Source: Promethearchaeota archaeon
GTDB taxonomy: Archaea; Asgardarchaeota; Lokiarchaeia; Sigyniarchaeales; SOKP01
DNA length: 64,000 nucleotides
Assembly (NCBI GenBank): GCA_029838195.1
Contig: JALGVJ010000012.1
Span: 1 to 64,000 of the forward strand
Direction: 5' to 3'
The notes beneath the pieces are model-generated. The model made no database searches. It saw only the letters and a program-made list of their open reading frames with translations, and was not told the origin of the DNA. This document shows, piece after piece, positions 51,958 to 61,545 of this stretch; positions within the stretch are counted from its first letter, which is position 1, and each line of letters starts with the position of its first letter. The translations under genes and the position numbers were made by a program.

Positions 51958-52701
51958 ATGGCTCGCTCTGAAAATTTTAAGATAGGATTTGTTTTCGACC
52001 TCGATGGAACTTTAATAAATAGCATGGATATTCGAAAAATAATAGCTAAAGAAATTTATGAGAAATTTAATATCAAAACCAATGACAAAATTGAACGAGA
52101 GATTGAAGAATTAATATATGAACTGGTGGGGGGCGAAAACAGGAAGCACTTAACAACCAAAGTAATGCTTTCAGTGTTTAAAAAATTAGGATTATCATTT
52201 TTTCAAAGAATTAAAGCGTTAATGATGGCAAATAAAATTTTTAAAAGAGAATCAAAAAATATCACCCTCTATGAGGGCGTGAAGGAATTATTTCAAATTT
52301 TAGATGAGAAAAACATCCCTTATACCATCGCTACGACCTCCTCAAAAAAAGAAGTGGAAGAACGACTTTCAAAATTCCCGGAGTTTTACAAGAAATTTGA
52401 TGGCAAAATCATTACTCGAAGTGATGTGAAAAATTTGAAACCCCATCCCGAAAGCATCATTAAAGCTTCAAAAATAATGAATGTTCCCATTAATAATATT
52501 ATAGTGATTGGGGACATGTATACGGACGTTCAAATGGGAAAGAATGTACACGCTATTACCGTGGGTGTCGCAACGGGATTTCTCTCAAAAGAACAATTAA
52601 AACAACTTGAGCCGGATTTTATAGTTGAAACGGTTGCGGATGTGAAAGAAATATTGAGTGATATCATGGCGGAAATAGAAAAAAGAGCTACCTTGCTTTA
52701 A
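51958..52701 (+). CDS. HAD-superfamily hydrolase (phosphoglycolate phosphatase-like)
   Basis: FDLDGTL, KPHPE and IGDMYTD. Confidence 0.9.
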   Translation: MARSENFKIGFVFDLDGTLINSMDIRKIIAKEIYEKFNIKTNDKIEREIEELIYELVGGENRKHLTTKVMLSVFKKLGLSFFQRIKALMMANKIFKRESKNITLYEGVKELFQILDEKNIPYTIATTSSKKEVEERLSKFPEFYKKFDGKIITRSDVKNLKPHPESIIKASKIMNVPINNIIVIGDMYTDVQMGKNVHAITVGVATGFLSKEQLKQLEPDFIVETVADVKEILSDIMAEIEKRATLL

Positions 52702-52867
52702 AAGTCAAAATTCTTTTTAATAGTATTTCGATTTAAAATAACAAAAATTTTTATAGAAAACTTTTCATTAATTTTCACATTCTACTCAACAATAATTAAT
52801 AAAAAGTATTAAAAATCGGTTAATATTTAAATTGAACTATTTAACAACGCAGAGAATTTTAATTTAA

Positions 52868-53212
52868 ATGAATGATAATATCGATCCTGTTGATCCTAAA
52901 GATTTACAATCATTTATTGATGGATTAAAAACATCTTTAGATTTTTTAGGCGAAGCAGACCCGATAGAATCGAAAGGATTTCAAGCTCAACTCGCTAAAG
53001 CGATTTCAAAGCTTAGAATAAAAAAAGTAGCGAAGATTGATGAAATTAAACCGCAGTTCGAACGATTTTCAAGAGAAGATTTAAAGCAATACCTTTTAGA
53101 AGAATTAAAAGCATTAAAAGATAGAATTGAACTGAAAGACATCAGCTCTTTCAAGCGATATGAGCTTGCATTGGAAATCACCAAATTACGAGAACGGATC
53201 TCCAAATTATAA
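52868..53212 (+). CDS. Hypothetical helical protein
   Basis: 114-aa ORF with typical codon usage and no recognised motif. Confidence 0.5.
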   Translation: MNDNIDPVDPKDLQSFIDGLKTSLDFLGEADPIESKGFQAQLAKAISKLRIKKVAKIDEIKPQFERFSREDLKQYLLEELKALKDRIELKDISSFKRYELALEITKLRERISKL

Positions 53213-53260
53213 CTTCTTGGTTTCTTTTCGTTTCTTGTTTTTCTCATTTAGTTTATCAAG

Positions 53261-54025
53261 GTGGTAAAAATGATATGTGATGTGCATTGTCACGTGAATT
53301 TATATCTCACCTTAGATCAAATCATTGAGGAAGCTTTAAACGCTGGCGTGAATAAAATTATCGCCGTAGGAATGAGTTATATTGGTTTAAAACGCATTAT
53401 TGAAATCTCGAGCCAACAGGATATCATTTATCCGGCATTAGGAATCCATCCGGAGGAAGTCAAGATGAATAAAAATATCGAAAATCAAATGGAAAGCGCA
53501 TGCGATTATATTAAAAAACATGCCGATAAAATAGTTGCCATTGGAGAAATTGGGATTGACCATTATTTTATTAAAGAAAAAGAACTTTACCCCCTTCAAG
53601 AAAAGATTTTTAAAAAAATGCTTGAATTAGCTCAAGAATTAGCATTACCCGTCAATCTTCACACGAAAGGAGGAGAAAAACAAGTTTTTGATTTACTTCC
53701 CAGTTATTCAATACCGAATGTTAATATTCATTGGTATTCGGGACCAGAAAAATATTTAAAAGAAGGAATGGATAGAGGCTATTACTTTTCCATTACTCCC
53801 GCTATTTCTTATTCTCCCGCCGTGCACAATACCGTTGAAATGGTCGATATTTACCATCTTTTAGTGGAGAGTGATGGTCCTGTGAAATATAAAGGAAAAA
53901 TTGGCACGCCTGCCATGATACGCCAAGTAATTCGATCCATTTCCCTAATTAAAAACGTACCAGAAGGGGAAATTGAGGAGCAAATCTATCAAAACACGAG
54001 ACACATTTTCCCTAAACTCTTTTAA
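53261..54025 (+). CDS. tatD: TatD family deoxyribonuclease
   Basis: DVHCH, GIHP, GEIGID, LH, HWYSG and ESDGP. Confidence 0.9.
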   Translation: MVKMICDVHCHVNLYLTLDQIIEEALNAGVNKIIAVGMSYIGLKRIIEISSQQDIIYPALGIHPEEVKMNKNIENQMESACDYIKKHADKIVAIGEIGIDHYFIKEKELYPLQEKIFKKMLELAQELALPVNLHTKGGEKQVFDLLPSYSIPNVNIHWYSGPEKYLKEGMDRGYYFSITPAISYSPAVHNTVEMVDIYHLLVESDGPVKYKGKIGTPAMIRQVIRSISLIKNVPEGEIEEQIYQNTRHIFPKLF

Positions 54026-54087
54026 AGTTCTAATCTCTTTTTCTTATTTTAAACCTTGAATATTTTATCTTTTTCATTTACTCGCTA

Positions 54088-55080
54088 TTATTCAGTTTGC
54101 GATAAATCTTCTCGCATTCTCATTCTTTCTAATAGATCTTCTACTTCGGGAATGGTATTTCCATAAATATGAAGGGAATTACTAAAATCGACGTAATGAC
54201 CAATTTCCACATTTAATTGTTCTGCGACGTATTTCTGAATTCTAATCATTCCATTCACGTTGGCTTCCCAAGCTCGAAACAAATCCCTGCTTCTCCACGT
54301 GGTTTGCATTAAAAGATGGTCATTTTTAATGCGCATGTAAATTCTCTGGAGACAAGGCGGGTCAAAATGATAAGGATCTACTAAGGGACGCCATGTTATG
54401 GCTTGAGCCCTTCTACTATAGGGTTTTTCTCTTAATTTCTCTATGATATACTTTATTTGATTGACCCTTGGAAAATTAAAAATTCCCATGGGAAGCTTTT
54501 CAAATCCCATTTGGTCTTTGATTTCCTTATCCAAGTGTATTTCCATTCCTTCCTCTAATTTCCAAACGTAGGTGTCTTTTATTTTTTCTATTTTTTTTGC
54601 CCTGTTTAATTTTTCATGATGGATAACTGAGTCGTTGTTCACGATCTCCATGTTATAATGCTTATGAATCGTATCTTCCAGAGAATAAGGCGCATAATTA
54701 AAAATCCGATCGTGGTAAGAATAAGGAAAACTCGTCCCGGATTCTTGAATGTACTTATCATTCACGCCTTCCATGATTTCTTCGATATAACCACTCTGAA
54801 TGGAACCAATTAAATAAGTATCTCCTAAATTACCGTACACCTCGTGATAATTTCCAAACTTGGATTTTATTTTCAAGATTTTATTTTTTCTCGTTATGGG
54901 TTCGCTGAAGGGTTCTTTAACTTCAATTAAAACCGTAGCATCCCGAGAGAGAGGATCGCCGGGTTTATCATATTCTGTCTTGATCTCATCACCCTTGTAC
55001 AGAACCTCTTGTAAGGCTTTCAGCCACGCTCTTTTCACGCTTTTTTCGGAAATAAAAAATATTTTTGCCATGGAAAACAA
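54088..55080 (-). CDS. thyA: Archaeal-type thymidylate synthase with a large internal insertion
   Basis: YSYHDR, SRRAQAITW, catalytic PPCLQ, WRSRD..AW..N and SLHIY. Confidence 0.85.
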   Translation of the reverse strand: MFSMAKIFFISEKSVKRAWLKALQEVLYKGDEIKTEYDKPGDPLSRDATVLIEVKEPFSEPITRKNKILKIKSKFGNYHEVYGNLGDTYLIGSIQSGYIEEIMEGVNDKYIQESGTSFPYSYHDRIFNYAPYSLEDTIHKHYNMEIVNNDSVIHHEKLNRAKKIEKIKDTYVWKLEEGMEIHLDKEIKDQMGFEKLPMGIFNFPRVNQIKYIIEKLREKPYSRRAQAITWRPLVDPYHFDPPCLQRIYMRIKNDHLLMQTTWRSRDLFRAWEANVNGMIRIQKYVAEQLNVEIGHYVDFSNSLHIYGNTIPEVEDLLERMRMREDLSQTE

Positions 55081-55258
55081 GTAGAAATTTTTGGAATAAT
55101 AAATATCAACATTATTTTAAGATTTTTATTATAAACTTAATAGTTATTATAAGATAGTTGATAGTTAAACAAATGTATTTAAATGAAAAAATATTTAGAA
55201 ATAAATTTATTTAATGTTTATGGAAATTTAACTAATAAAATTAGGTGATGAGAGTAAA

Positions 55259-55549
55259 ATGAAATTAAATCTTGAGTTTTCGCCCCCTTTCAACGAGATT
55301 ACCGGAAAAGTATTTCAAACCATGGAATTTGAAAAACCCCTCACGCTCCGAGAATTATTACAACGCCTTAAGGAAAAGTTCGGGCAAAAATTCTATGATT
55401 TAATCTGGGAAAATGGGAATGAAAATCAATTTAATAAATTACTCTCCATCATTATCAATGGACATTCTTACAGACATGAAAAATTTTTAGATACGGTCTT
55501 AAAAGACGGCGATGATATAGTATTTATCTACATCTATTTTGGAGGGTAA
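55259..55549 (+). CDS. MoaD/ThiS/SAMP ubiquitin-like protein
   Basis: Beta-grasp pattern with IING..LKDGD and a C-terminal GG. Confidence 0.85.
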   Translation: MKLNLEFSPPFNEITGKVFQTMEFEKPLTLRELLQRLKEKFGQKFYDLIWENGNENQFNKLLSIIINGHSYRHEKFLDTVLKDGDDIVFIYIYFGG

Positions 55550-55559
55550 GAGTAAACAG

Positions 55560-55970
55560 TTAAAATTCTTCCCAAAATTTTTTAATGGGCTCTTGAAGGG
55601 CGTCCTCTATTACTTTTTCAAATTCCTCAAATTTACTCAACTCGTAATCAAAATTTTCATTTTGTACCTCAGGGTAAAGCTTTAAGAATTTCTCAGCAAT
55701 CGCTTCCAATTCGGCATTTACTTTTTTTTCTTTTACCTTTTTTGAATAATTGCAAATGAAGAGTAGATCTTTTTTCTTTATTAACGTAAATTTTTTATCA
55801 CTTAATTCAAAATTACTTAATCCTCCTTCCGATAATTGCTCAGCAAATGAATTTAAGGCGCTCATCAATGCCCCAAAAAGCTGATCTTCAATTTTCTTAT
55901 TAAATACTCTGCTAAATAATACAATACCATTCTTTTTTTGAATCCAAATATCTTGTATGAGCTTGACCAT
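55560..55970 (-). CDS. Longin-like small protein (eukaryotic signature protein)
   Basis: IQDIWI..GIVLFSR, DQLFGALMSALNSFA, LSNFEL..KFTL..LLFI and a C-terminal helix. Confidence 0.75.
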   Translation of the reverse strand: MVKLIQDIWIQKKNGIVLFSRVFNKKIEDQLFGALMSALNSFAEQLSEGGLSNFELSDKKFTLIKKKDLLFICNYSKKVKEKKVNAELEAIAEKFLKLYPEVQNENFDYELSKFEEFEKVIEDALQEPIKKFWEEF

Positions 55971-56081
55971 GAAATTCCCCTATTATTTCAAATAGGAAGA
56001 TGGTTTTTAAATTTAATCTAAATACTCGAATAAAAAATTTATCATAAAAAAATAAAGAGATAAATCTTGCTTGACATTATA

Positions 56082-56834
56082 TCAATTAGCCGACTCCGAT
56101 TTGATTAGGATTTTTTTCATCCATTTGGGTAGCATGAAAGCGTTATAGAATTCAAAGGCGCTTAATATGAGAATGACTCTGAAAATAATGAGCGTAACTG
56201 CATTAGAAGGAAATGTTGCATCTAAGATCGCTCCCACGCAAAAAGTGGGAAACGCAGCAAGTAAAAGCTTTCCCTTAATTTTTGTTTCTGGATTGTCGAT
56301 TTTTATGGATTCCCAGGCAAATTTAAGTCCCGTTAATAAGAAAGAAAAGATAAAAAAGAGCAGGTAAACAATTAATATCGAGGGATTGGCAGTAGTATCC
56401 ACCGGTGAGATTTTGTGCCCTATATACCCGGGATCATTGATTAAGAAATAAAGAAATATAATATAAAAAATAAAAGTAATGAGCAGATAAATCCCAATAA
56501 TCAATTTTTGCCGTTCTTTATAAAGGAAATTCGTAAAAGCCATGAGCCATGAGATTAAGCCAATTGGCAAGGGAATAAAATTCCATGCTAATATTGCCGC
56601 AAAACTTAACCCTTCTCCACCCGTGATCAGAGCTACGAAAAAAGAAATCGTAGTGCCATACCATCCTGACACAAAAAAACACCACGCAATGCCCACATAC
56701 AAGAAATTAATATCCTTGTTCTTAAAATATTTAAACGTGATGATAAGACCTAAAATAATGGAGGTTCCAACTAATAACGTGCCTAAAATGCCGTTTAACA
56801 AATCTAAACGGGTTAGACTCATGGTAAAATTCAA
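56082..56834 (-). CDS. 7TM membrane protein (Asgard-expanded family)
   Basis: Seven TM helices with PETKIKGKLLLAA before TM6. It lies directly upstream of the longin gene. Confidence 0.65.
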   Translation of the reverse strand: MNFTMSLTRLDLLNGILGTLLVGTSIILGLIITFKYFKNKDINFLYVGIAWCFFVSGWYGTTISFFVALITGGEGLSFAAILAWNFIPLPIGLISWLMAFTNFLYKERQKLIIGIYLLITFIFYIIFLYFLINDPGYIGHKISPVDTTANPSILIVYLLFFIFSFLLTGLKFAWESIKIDNPETKIKGKLLLAAFPTFCVGAILDATFPSNAVTLIIFRVILILSAFEFYNAFMLPKWMKKILIKSESAN

Positions 56835-57291
56835 GGGTTCAATTTTTAATTTGTTAATTGCATATTGTTTTTCTTTAGTTAAAATAATTAATTCAATTCG
56901 TAATAAAGGTTTAGATCTTGATGAATGCGTTCGCTAAGAAAATTTTAGGTTTATCTAGTTTTTAAACTACTGATTACTGATTTCAACATTTAACAATCTT
57001 TTAAACGGTAGCAAAATGATCATTATCTCATGAATCAGTTCCCAAACAAATCACCTGGTAAAAGAGTCGTGATCAAATCAAAATTTTTTCTAGGGGACAT
57101 CTAAAAGGTAACATTTAAAAAGAATAAAAATAATATATTTTTGCCCTCTTATAGGCTATTCGCATGGAAATGGTGTGAGAATCCCTCTCATCATTCTTAT
57201 TCTAATTTGAATGGATGATTTTAAGTTAGATGAAAATTCCATTTAGAATGCATTTGAAATCAGGAATCAATTTTAGTGAAGAAGATCAAAA

Positions 57292-58245
57292 ATGGCCGAA
57301 GTTTTAATGTATAGTTTGTTGTTAGTAGGAGGAATCGTTTTAATCATGTATTCCAGTAGAGTAGCTGTAATTCATTCTGCTAGATTAGCTTCTCAATTAG
57401 GAGTCTCAAGTTTAATCATAGGGATAACTCTTGTATCTATTGGAACTGATTTCCCCGAAATATTTAATTCCATCATTTCCAGTTATTTAGGCCATAGTGA
57501 CATTAACGTGGGTGATTCTGTAGGTTCAGTTTTAACGCAATTAACTTTAGTGTTTGGCTTATTACCTTTCCTCTGCGGAACGATTTATATAAAACGAAAA
57601 GAATTCATTATTATTGGTTCATGTTTAGTCTTATCATTATTTTTGATTTTTACCGTGGTGGAAAAGGGCTATTTCACTCGTTTAGATGCCTTATTCATGC
57701 TGTTAAGTTTTATATTTTATACACTTATTACTTATAACGTTACGCATTCTGACATGTTAGAAAAAGTAGATCTGATGGTTTTAGACAAATATAAACCAAA
57801 AAAGATACACCTCATGTTAGCGATTTTAGGTTTTCTGGGAGTTGCTATTAGTTCCTTTATTATCATCCAATCGATAATTATTTTATCATCTTTCTTACAA
57901 ATTCCCGAATATATTTTAAGTTATACCATTTTAGCTATTGGGACATCTTCCCCTGAGTTATTCATAGAAGTCACGGCAATTAAAAAAAAAGAATATAACA
58001 TTGCAATTGGAGATGCCTTAGGAAGTTGTATCGTTGATGCTTCTATATCCATTGCGATAGGAAATTTCTTATTTCCTCAGAATGTTTCCGCAGAATTGGC
58101 CATGCCCACTATCCTCTATACAATAATTTCTTGCACAATGGTAATAGTGTTGGTCTCGGTCAGGCAAAAGTTAGACAAGAAAGCGGGAGCCATATTAATC
58201 TCATTGTATGCGATTTCCTTCATCTTATTTATCTTTATTCTATAA
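57292..58245 (+). CDS. Na+/Ca2+ antiporter (CaCA, YrbG-like)
   Basis: Alpha repeats GTDFPE and GTSSPE, with GDSVGS and GDALGS. Confidence 0.9.
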   Translation: MAEVLMYSLLLVGGIVLIMYSSRVAVIHSARLASQLGVSSLIIGITLVSIGTDFPEIFNSIISSYLGHSDINVGDSVGSVLTQLTLVFGLLPFLCGTIYIKRKEFIIIGSCLVLSLFLIFTVVEKGYFTRLDALFMLLSFIFYTLITYNVTHSDMLEKVDLMVLDKYKPKKIHLMLAILGFLGVAISSFIIIQSIIILSSFLQIPEYILSYTILAIGTSSPELFIEVTAIKKKEYNIAIGDALGSCIVDASISIAIGNFLFPQNVSAELAMPTILYTIISCTMVIVLVSVRQKLDKKAGAILISLYAISFILFIFIL

Positions 58246-58365
58246 CACCTAATTTAAATCATGAATATTTCATACACCCCATTCAATTTCATGAGGAGGG
58301 AAGGAAATATTTTAAATTAGAAAAAATTACATTAATCCTATCCGAAAAGTTATCGTTGAATTCTT

Positions 58366-58965
58366 ATGAAAAAAATCATTTTAGCATCAAAATCAATCGA
58401 TAGAAGCGAACTTCTAAAGCAAGCGGGAATCTCCTTTGAAATATTGGTTACTAATGTCAATGAAGAAGAATTTAAACGTAAGATCCCGGATCCCGTAAGT
58501 CTCGTGGAAGAATTGGCAAAACAAAAGGCTTTGGCCGCTAAAAATAAACTAATTTCAAGAAAAAACGAGTATATTATTATTGGATTCGATACCGTTGTTG
58601 AGCATCAGAGAGACATCATTGGAAAGGCTAAGAATGAAAAAGAAGCATTTAATATTCTAAAAAAATTACAAGGCACCACCCATTCATTAATTACCGGCAT
58701 TGCAATTAGCGAAGTTCCCTCTCCTAAAATTATCGTCGATCACGATATTACTCGAGTCAAGTTTTTACCGCTCTCAAATGAAGATATTTGGGCTTATATA
58801 AAATCAGGCGAATGGAGAGGGAGAGCTGGCGCATATTCAATTAGACAAAAAGCAGGCTTGTTCATCGATTATATTGAAGGTTCTTCGTCAAATGTAATGG
58901 GATTGCCTCTTAATAAATTATTTTTAATTTTAAAAAGAGAATTTAATCTAAATTTACTTCTTTAA
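58366..58965 (+). CDS. maf: Maf nucleotide pyrophosphatase
   Basis: ILASKS..R, DTVV, IIGK, AGAYSI and NVMGLP. Confidence 0.9.
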   Translation: MKKIILASKSIDRSELLKQAGISFEILVTNVNEEEFKRKIPDPVSLVEELAKQKALAAKNKLISRKNEYIIIGFDTVVEHQRDIIGKAKNEKEAFNILKKLQGTTHSLITGIAISEVPSPKIIVDHDITRVKFLPLSNEDIWAYIKSGEWRGRAGAYSIRQKAGLFIDYIEGSSSNVMGLPLNKLFLILKREFNLNLLL

Positions 58966-59008
58966 ATTTAATAAAAGGAATAATTTTAGGATTTATGGAA
59001 CAGTATCC

Positions 59009-59572
59009 ATGTTAAAAATATGCGTGGGGTCTTTAAATCCCTTGAAATATGAGGCAGTAAAAGATGGTTTTGCGAAATACTTCTCATCTTTTACCGTGAG
59101 TAAGATTAAAGCAGATCCGAAAGTTCGAGCCCAACCAATAGGAATTGAATTAATTTTGAAAGGAGCAATCAATCGAGCTAAAGAGGCTTTAAAATATTTA
59201 ATGCAAGAAACAAAACAAACACGCGACATTTTTGGCGTGGGAATTGAAGCGGGCTTAGTTAAAATACCCCCTGCGATTACGGGCTACATGGATTTTCAAT
59301 TCTGCGTTATCATGGATGAACATGAGAAAATAACTATTGGAAGCGGAATCGGCTTTGAATATCCTCCACGGGTAATTAAAAAAGTATTATCGGACAAAAC
59401 CACCGAAATAGGGGAAATCATGGGAAATTTATTCGGAAATAAAAACTTGAAATATAAACAAGGTGCCATCGGAGTTCTTAGCATGCATGTTCTAAATAGA
59501 AAAACAATTTTAACTCAAGCTGTCATTTGTGCTTTATTACCCCGCATTAATAAGACATTATATAGTGAATAG
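59009..59572 (+). CDS. yjjX: Inosine/xanthosine triphosphatase
   Basis: VGSLNPLK, QP..GAINRA, GVGIEAG and GAIGVLS..R. Confidence 0.9.
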   Translation: MLKICVGSLNPLKYEAVKDGFAKYFSSFTVSKIKADPKVRAQPIGIELILKGAINRAKEALKYLMQETKQTRDIFGVGIEAGLVKIPPAITGYMDFQFCVIMDEHEKITIGSGIGFEYPPRVIKKVLSDKTTEIGEIMGNLFGNKNLKYKQGAIGVLSMHVLNRKTILTQAVICALLPRINKTLYSE

Positions 59573-59705
59573 TGAAAACTCTCCCCTAATGATTAGAACT
59601 AAAGGCTCCTTTGAACTATTATTAAAAATTAGATCATCATTTAAATATTAACATTAGTTATAATCTATATTATTTATTGATTAAAAAAATGAAAAGAGGG
59701 TACAA

Positions 59706-60020
59706 ATGCCTAAATATAAGCGATATTCCATCATGAAAATACTCGCTGTAGTAGGGGGAGTTTTAGCTCTAGTGGAATCTTTCTTGAGTTTTGTGGGGCG
59801 CTCCTTTACAATTTTCATCTCTTTAGGAGGCTCCATTATCGGCCCAATTATTGGAATTATTCTTGGAATAGTCGTTATTTTAGCGTGCGTGAGACCGGAA
59901 GATCCCATACCTTTTAATGCCGTACTATTTCTCATTTTGGGAATTTTAATTATTTTATTCTCGAGCTTAATTGGAGGAATTTTGGTCTTGATTGCCGGAG
60001 TTCTCGGGCTAATTAAATGA
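59706..60020 (+). CDS. Small Gly-rich membrane protein, paralogue 1
   Basis: About 4 TM helices; shares P.DP.PFN and GG..VLIA..GLI with the next gene. Confidence 0.65.
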   Translation: MPKYKRYSIMKILAVVGGVLALVESFLSFVGRSFTIFISLGGSIIGPIIGIILGIVVILACVRPEDPIPFNAVLFLILGILIILFSSLIGGILVLIAGVLGLIK

Positions 60021-60195
60021 TCTTAATAGTTCTATTTTCCATGAATTAAATAACAAACATTTTTTTTACATGTTTTTATATAACTATTAATTTTTTTTTT
60101 ATCATCTCATCGCATTATTAAAAATAAACTAAAAAATTATTTGAGATCCAATGGTTATTTTTAATTAACATTTTGAACGAATTAAGGGTGATTAA

Positions 60196-60534
60196 ATGAA
60201 AAAGCACTATAAGAATGAAAAATTAATGAAGTTTCTAACCATCATCGGCGCAATTCTAGGCTTAGTGGGTGTAATATCCATGTTCGCTTCCTTAGCGGGA
60301 TTAGGTTTTTTTCCTACTCCTGTACCTGTTGTTGTTAGCATTATCGTATCGGCGATAGTTGGTTTGATAATCGTCATCTTGACGTTTTTGTGTGCATTAA
60401 AACCAGATCAACCCCTTCCCTTTAACTGGATCGTGTTGTTGGTTCTTGCCATCTTGCTTATCATTTTTGCTAATCTTTGGGGCGGGCTGATTGTTTTAAT
60501 TGCGGCTATAATCGGGCTAATAGAAGATTTATAA
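60196..60534 (+). CDS. Small Gly-rich membrane protein, paralogue 2
   Basis: Tandem paralogue with KPDQPLPFN..GGLIVLIAAIIGLI. Confidence 0.65.
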   Translation: MKKHYKNEKLMKFLTIIGAILGLVGVISMFASLAGLGFFPTPVPVVVSIIVSAIVGLIIVILTFLCALKPDQPLPFNWIVLLVLAILLIIFANLWGGLIVLIAAIIGLIEDL

Positions 60535-60805
60535 TCTAAAATCGAGTAAAGATAAAAAAACTCATTCTTTTTTTTTAATTTTATTTTTCATTTCTCCCTA
60601 TAATTTTTCCTTTTCTCTTATCATGATCCCTTTTATTTTCATTTAGTGATGCAATTTTTTTGAAATTCTCATGCGAGATTTTTATTTTTAATGTTTTTTT
60701 TTAAATTTTTAATTTGAAGTAAAAATTTGGGTGATTTATAATAATTTTAGAGTTGACTTTAAGTGCAGATCTAAAAGTATTTACTTGTTAGATTTCCATT
60801 TTAAA

Positions 60806-60861
60806 AAATCACTTTAGAGGAGGTGACCCTAACCGAAAGATTTATATATGTAAAGTGATTT
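60806..60861 (+). promoter_or_regulatory. hsp20 BRE-TATA promoter flanked by an 11-bp inverted repeat
   Basis: CCGAAAGA-TTTATATA (60833-60848) lies between AAATCACTTTA (60806-60816) and TAAAGTGATTT (60851-60861). Confidence 0.65.
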
Positions 60862-60894
60862 GTATAAATTAGGGTTTGTCAATCTATTATTGTC

Positions 60895-60935
60895 ATCCAT
60901 CCATTAACTTAAAATCAATAAGTTAGGAGGTGGAT
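60895..60935 (+). promoter_or_regulatory. 5'-UTR hairpin occluding the Shine-Dalgarno of hsp20 (candidate RNA thermometer)
   Basis: ATCCATC pairs with GGTGGAT and TTAACTTA pairs with TAAGTTAG, covering GGAGGTG (60926-60932). Confidence 0.5.
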
Positions 60936-60938
60936 CAT

Positions 60939-61493
60939 ATGTCTGATTCCAAAAAAGTAGATGTTAAGAAAACAGAAAGTAAGGAAGATAAAAAATCGCG
61001 TGAAATCACGCTCAGACGAGAAAGCCCATTTTCCTTGTTTCAAGAAATGGATCGCTTCTTCGATGATGTGAGGAGAAGTTTTTTTGAGGATTGGTGGTGG
61101 CCATTTAGTGGACGAGCTTTTCGACCTTTAAGCCTAGAAATTAGCGAAGATGAACCCATTTTCAGAACTCCCTTGGCAAACATCAGCGAGACAAAAGATT
61201 ACTTCATAATAAGTGCTGAAATGCCAGGCATGGATAAAGGAGATTTAGAAGTTACCATTCACGATGGCATGTTAGAAATCAAGGGCGAGCACAAGGAAGA
61301 GAAAAAGGAAGAAGAGAAAGGAGAACTCATCAGACGCGAATATCGCTCTGCCAGCTATTACCGAGCGTTCAACTTGCCCGAATACATTGATGAGGACAAG
61401 ATTGATGCTTCCTTGGATAAGGGCGTGCTTACCATTAAAGTGCCAAAAATAGAGCCTCCAGAACCCGAGAAAAAGAAAATCGAAGTAAAATGA
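60939..61493 (+). CDS. hsp20: Small heat shock protein Hsp20 (alpha-crystallin domain)
   Basis: AEMPG, LEIKGE, RAFNLPE, A.LDKGVLTI and C-terminal IEV. The SD-spaced ATG at 60939 is preferred over the called GTG at 60930. Confidence 0.92.
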   Translation: MSDSKKVDVKKTESKEDKKSREITLRRESPFSLFQEMDRFFDDVRRSFFEDWWWPFSGRAFRPLSLEISEDEPIFRTPLANISETKDYFIISAEMPGMDKGDLEVTIHDGMLEIKGEHKEEKKEEEKGELIRREYRSASYYRAFNLPEYIDEDKIDASLDKGVLTIKVPKIEPPEPEKKKIEVK

Positions 61494-61516
61494 ATTTGCG
61501 ACCAATTTACTAATGA

Positions 61517-61545
61517 ATTTCTTTTTTTTTTTAATTTATTTTGAT
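61517..61545 (+). terminator. Oligo-T archaeal terminator after hsp20
   Basis: Long T tract about 25 nt downstream of the stop. Confidence 0.5.

Noticed and set aside
54440-54700. Intein in thyA
   Set aside because: The insert is too short and lacks splice-junction residues.
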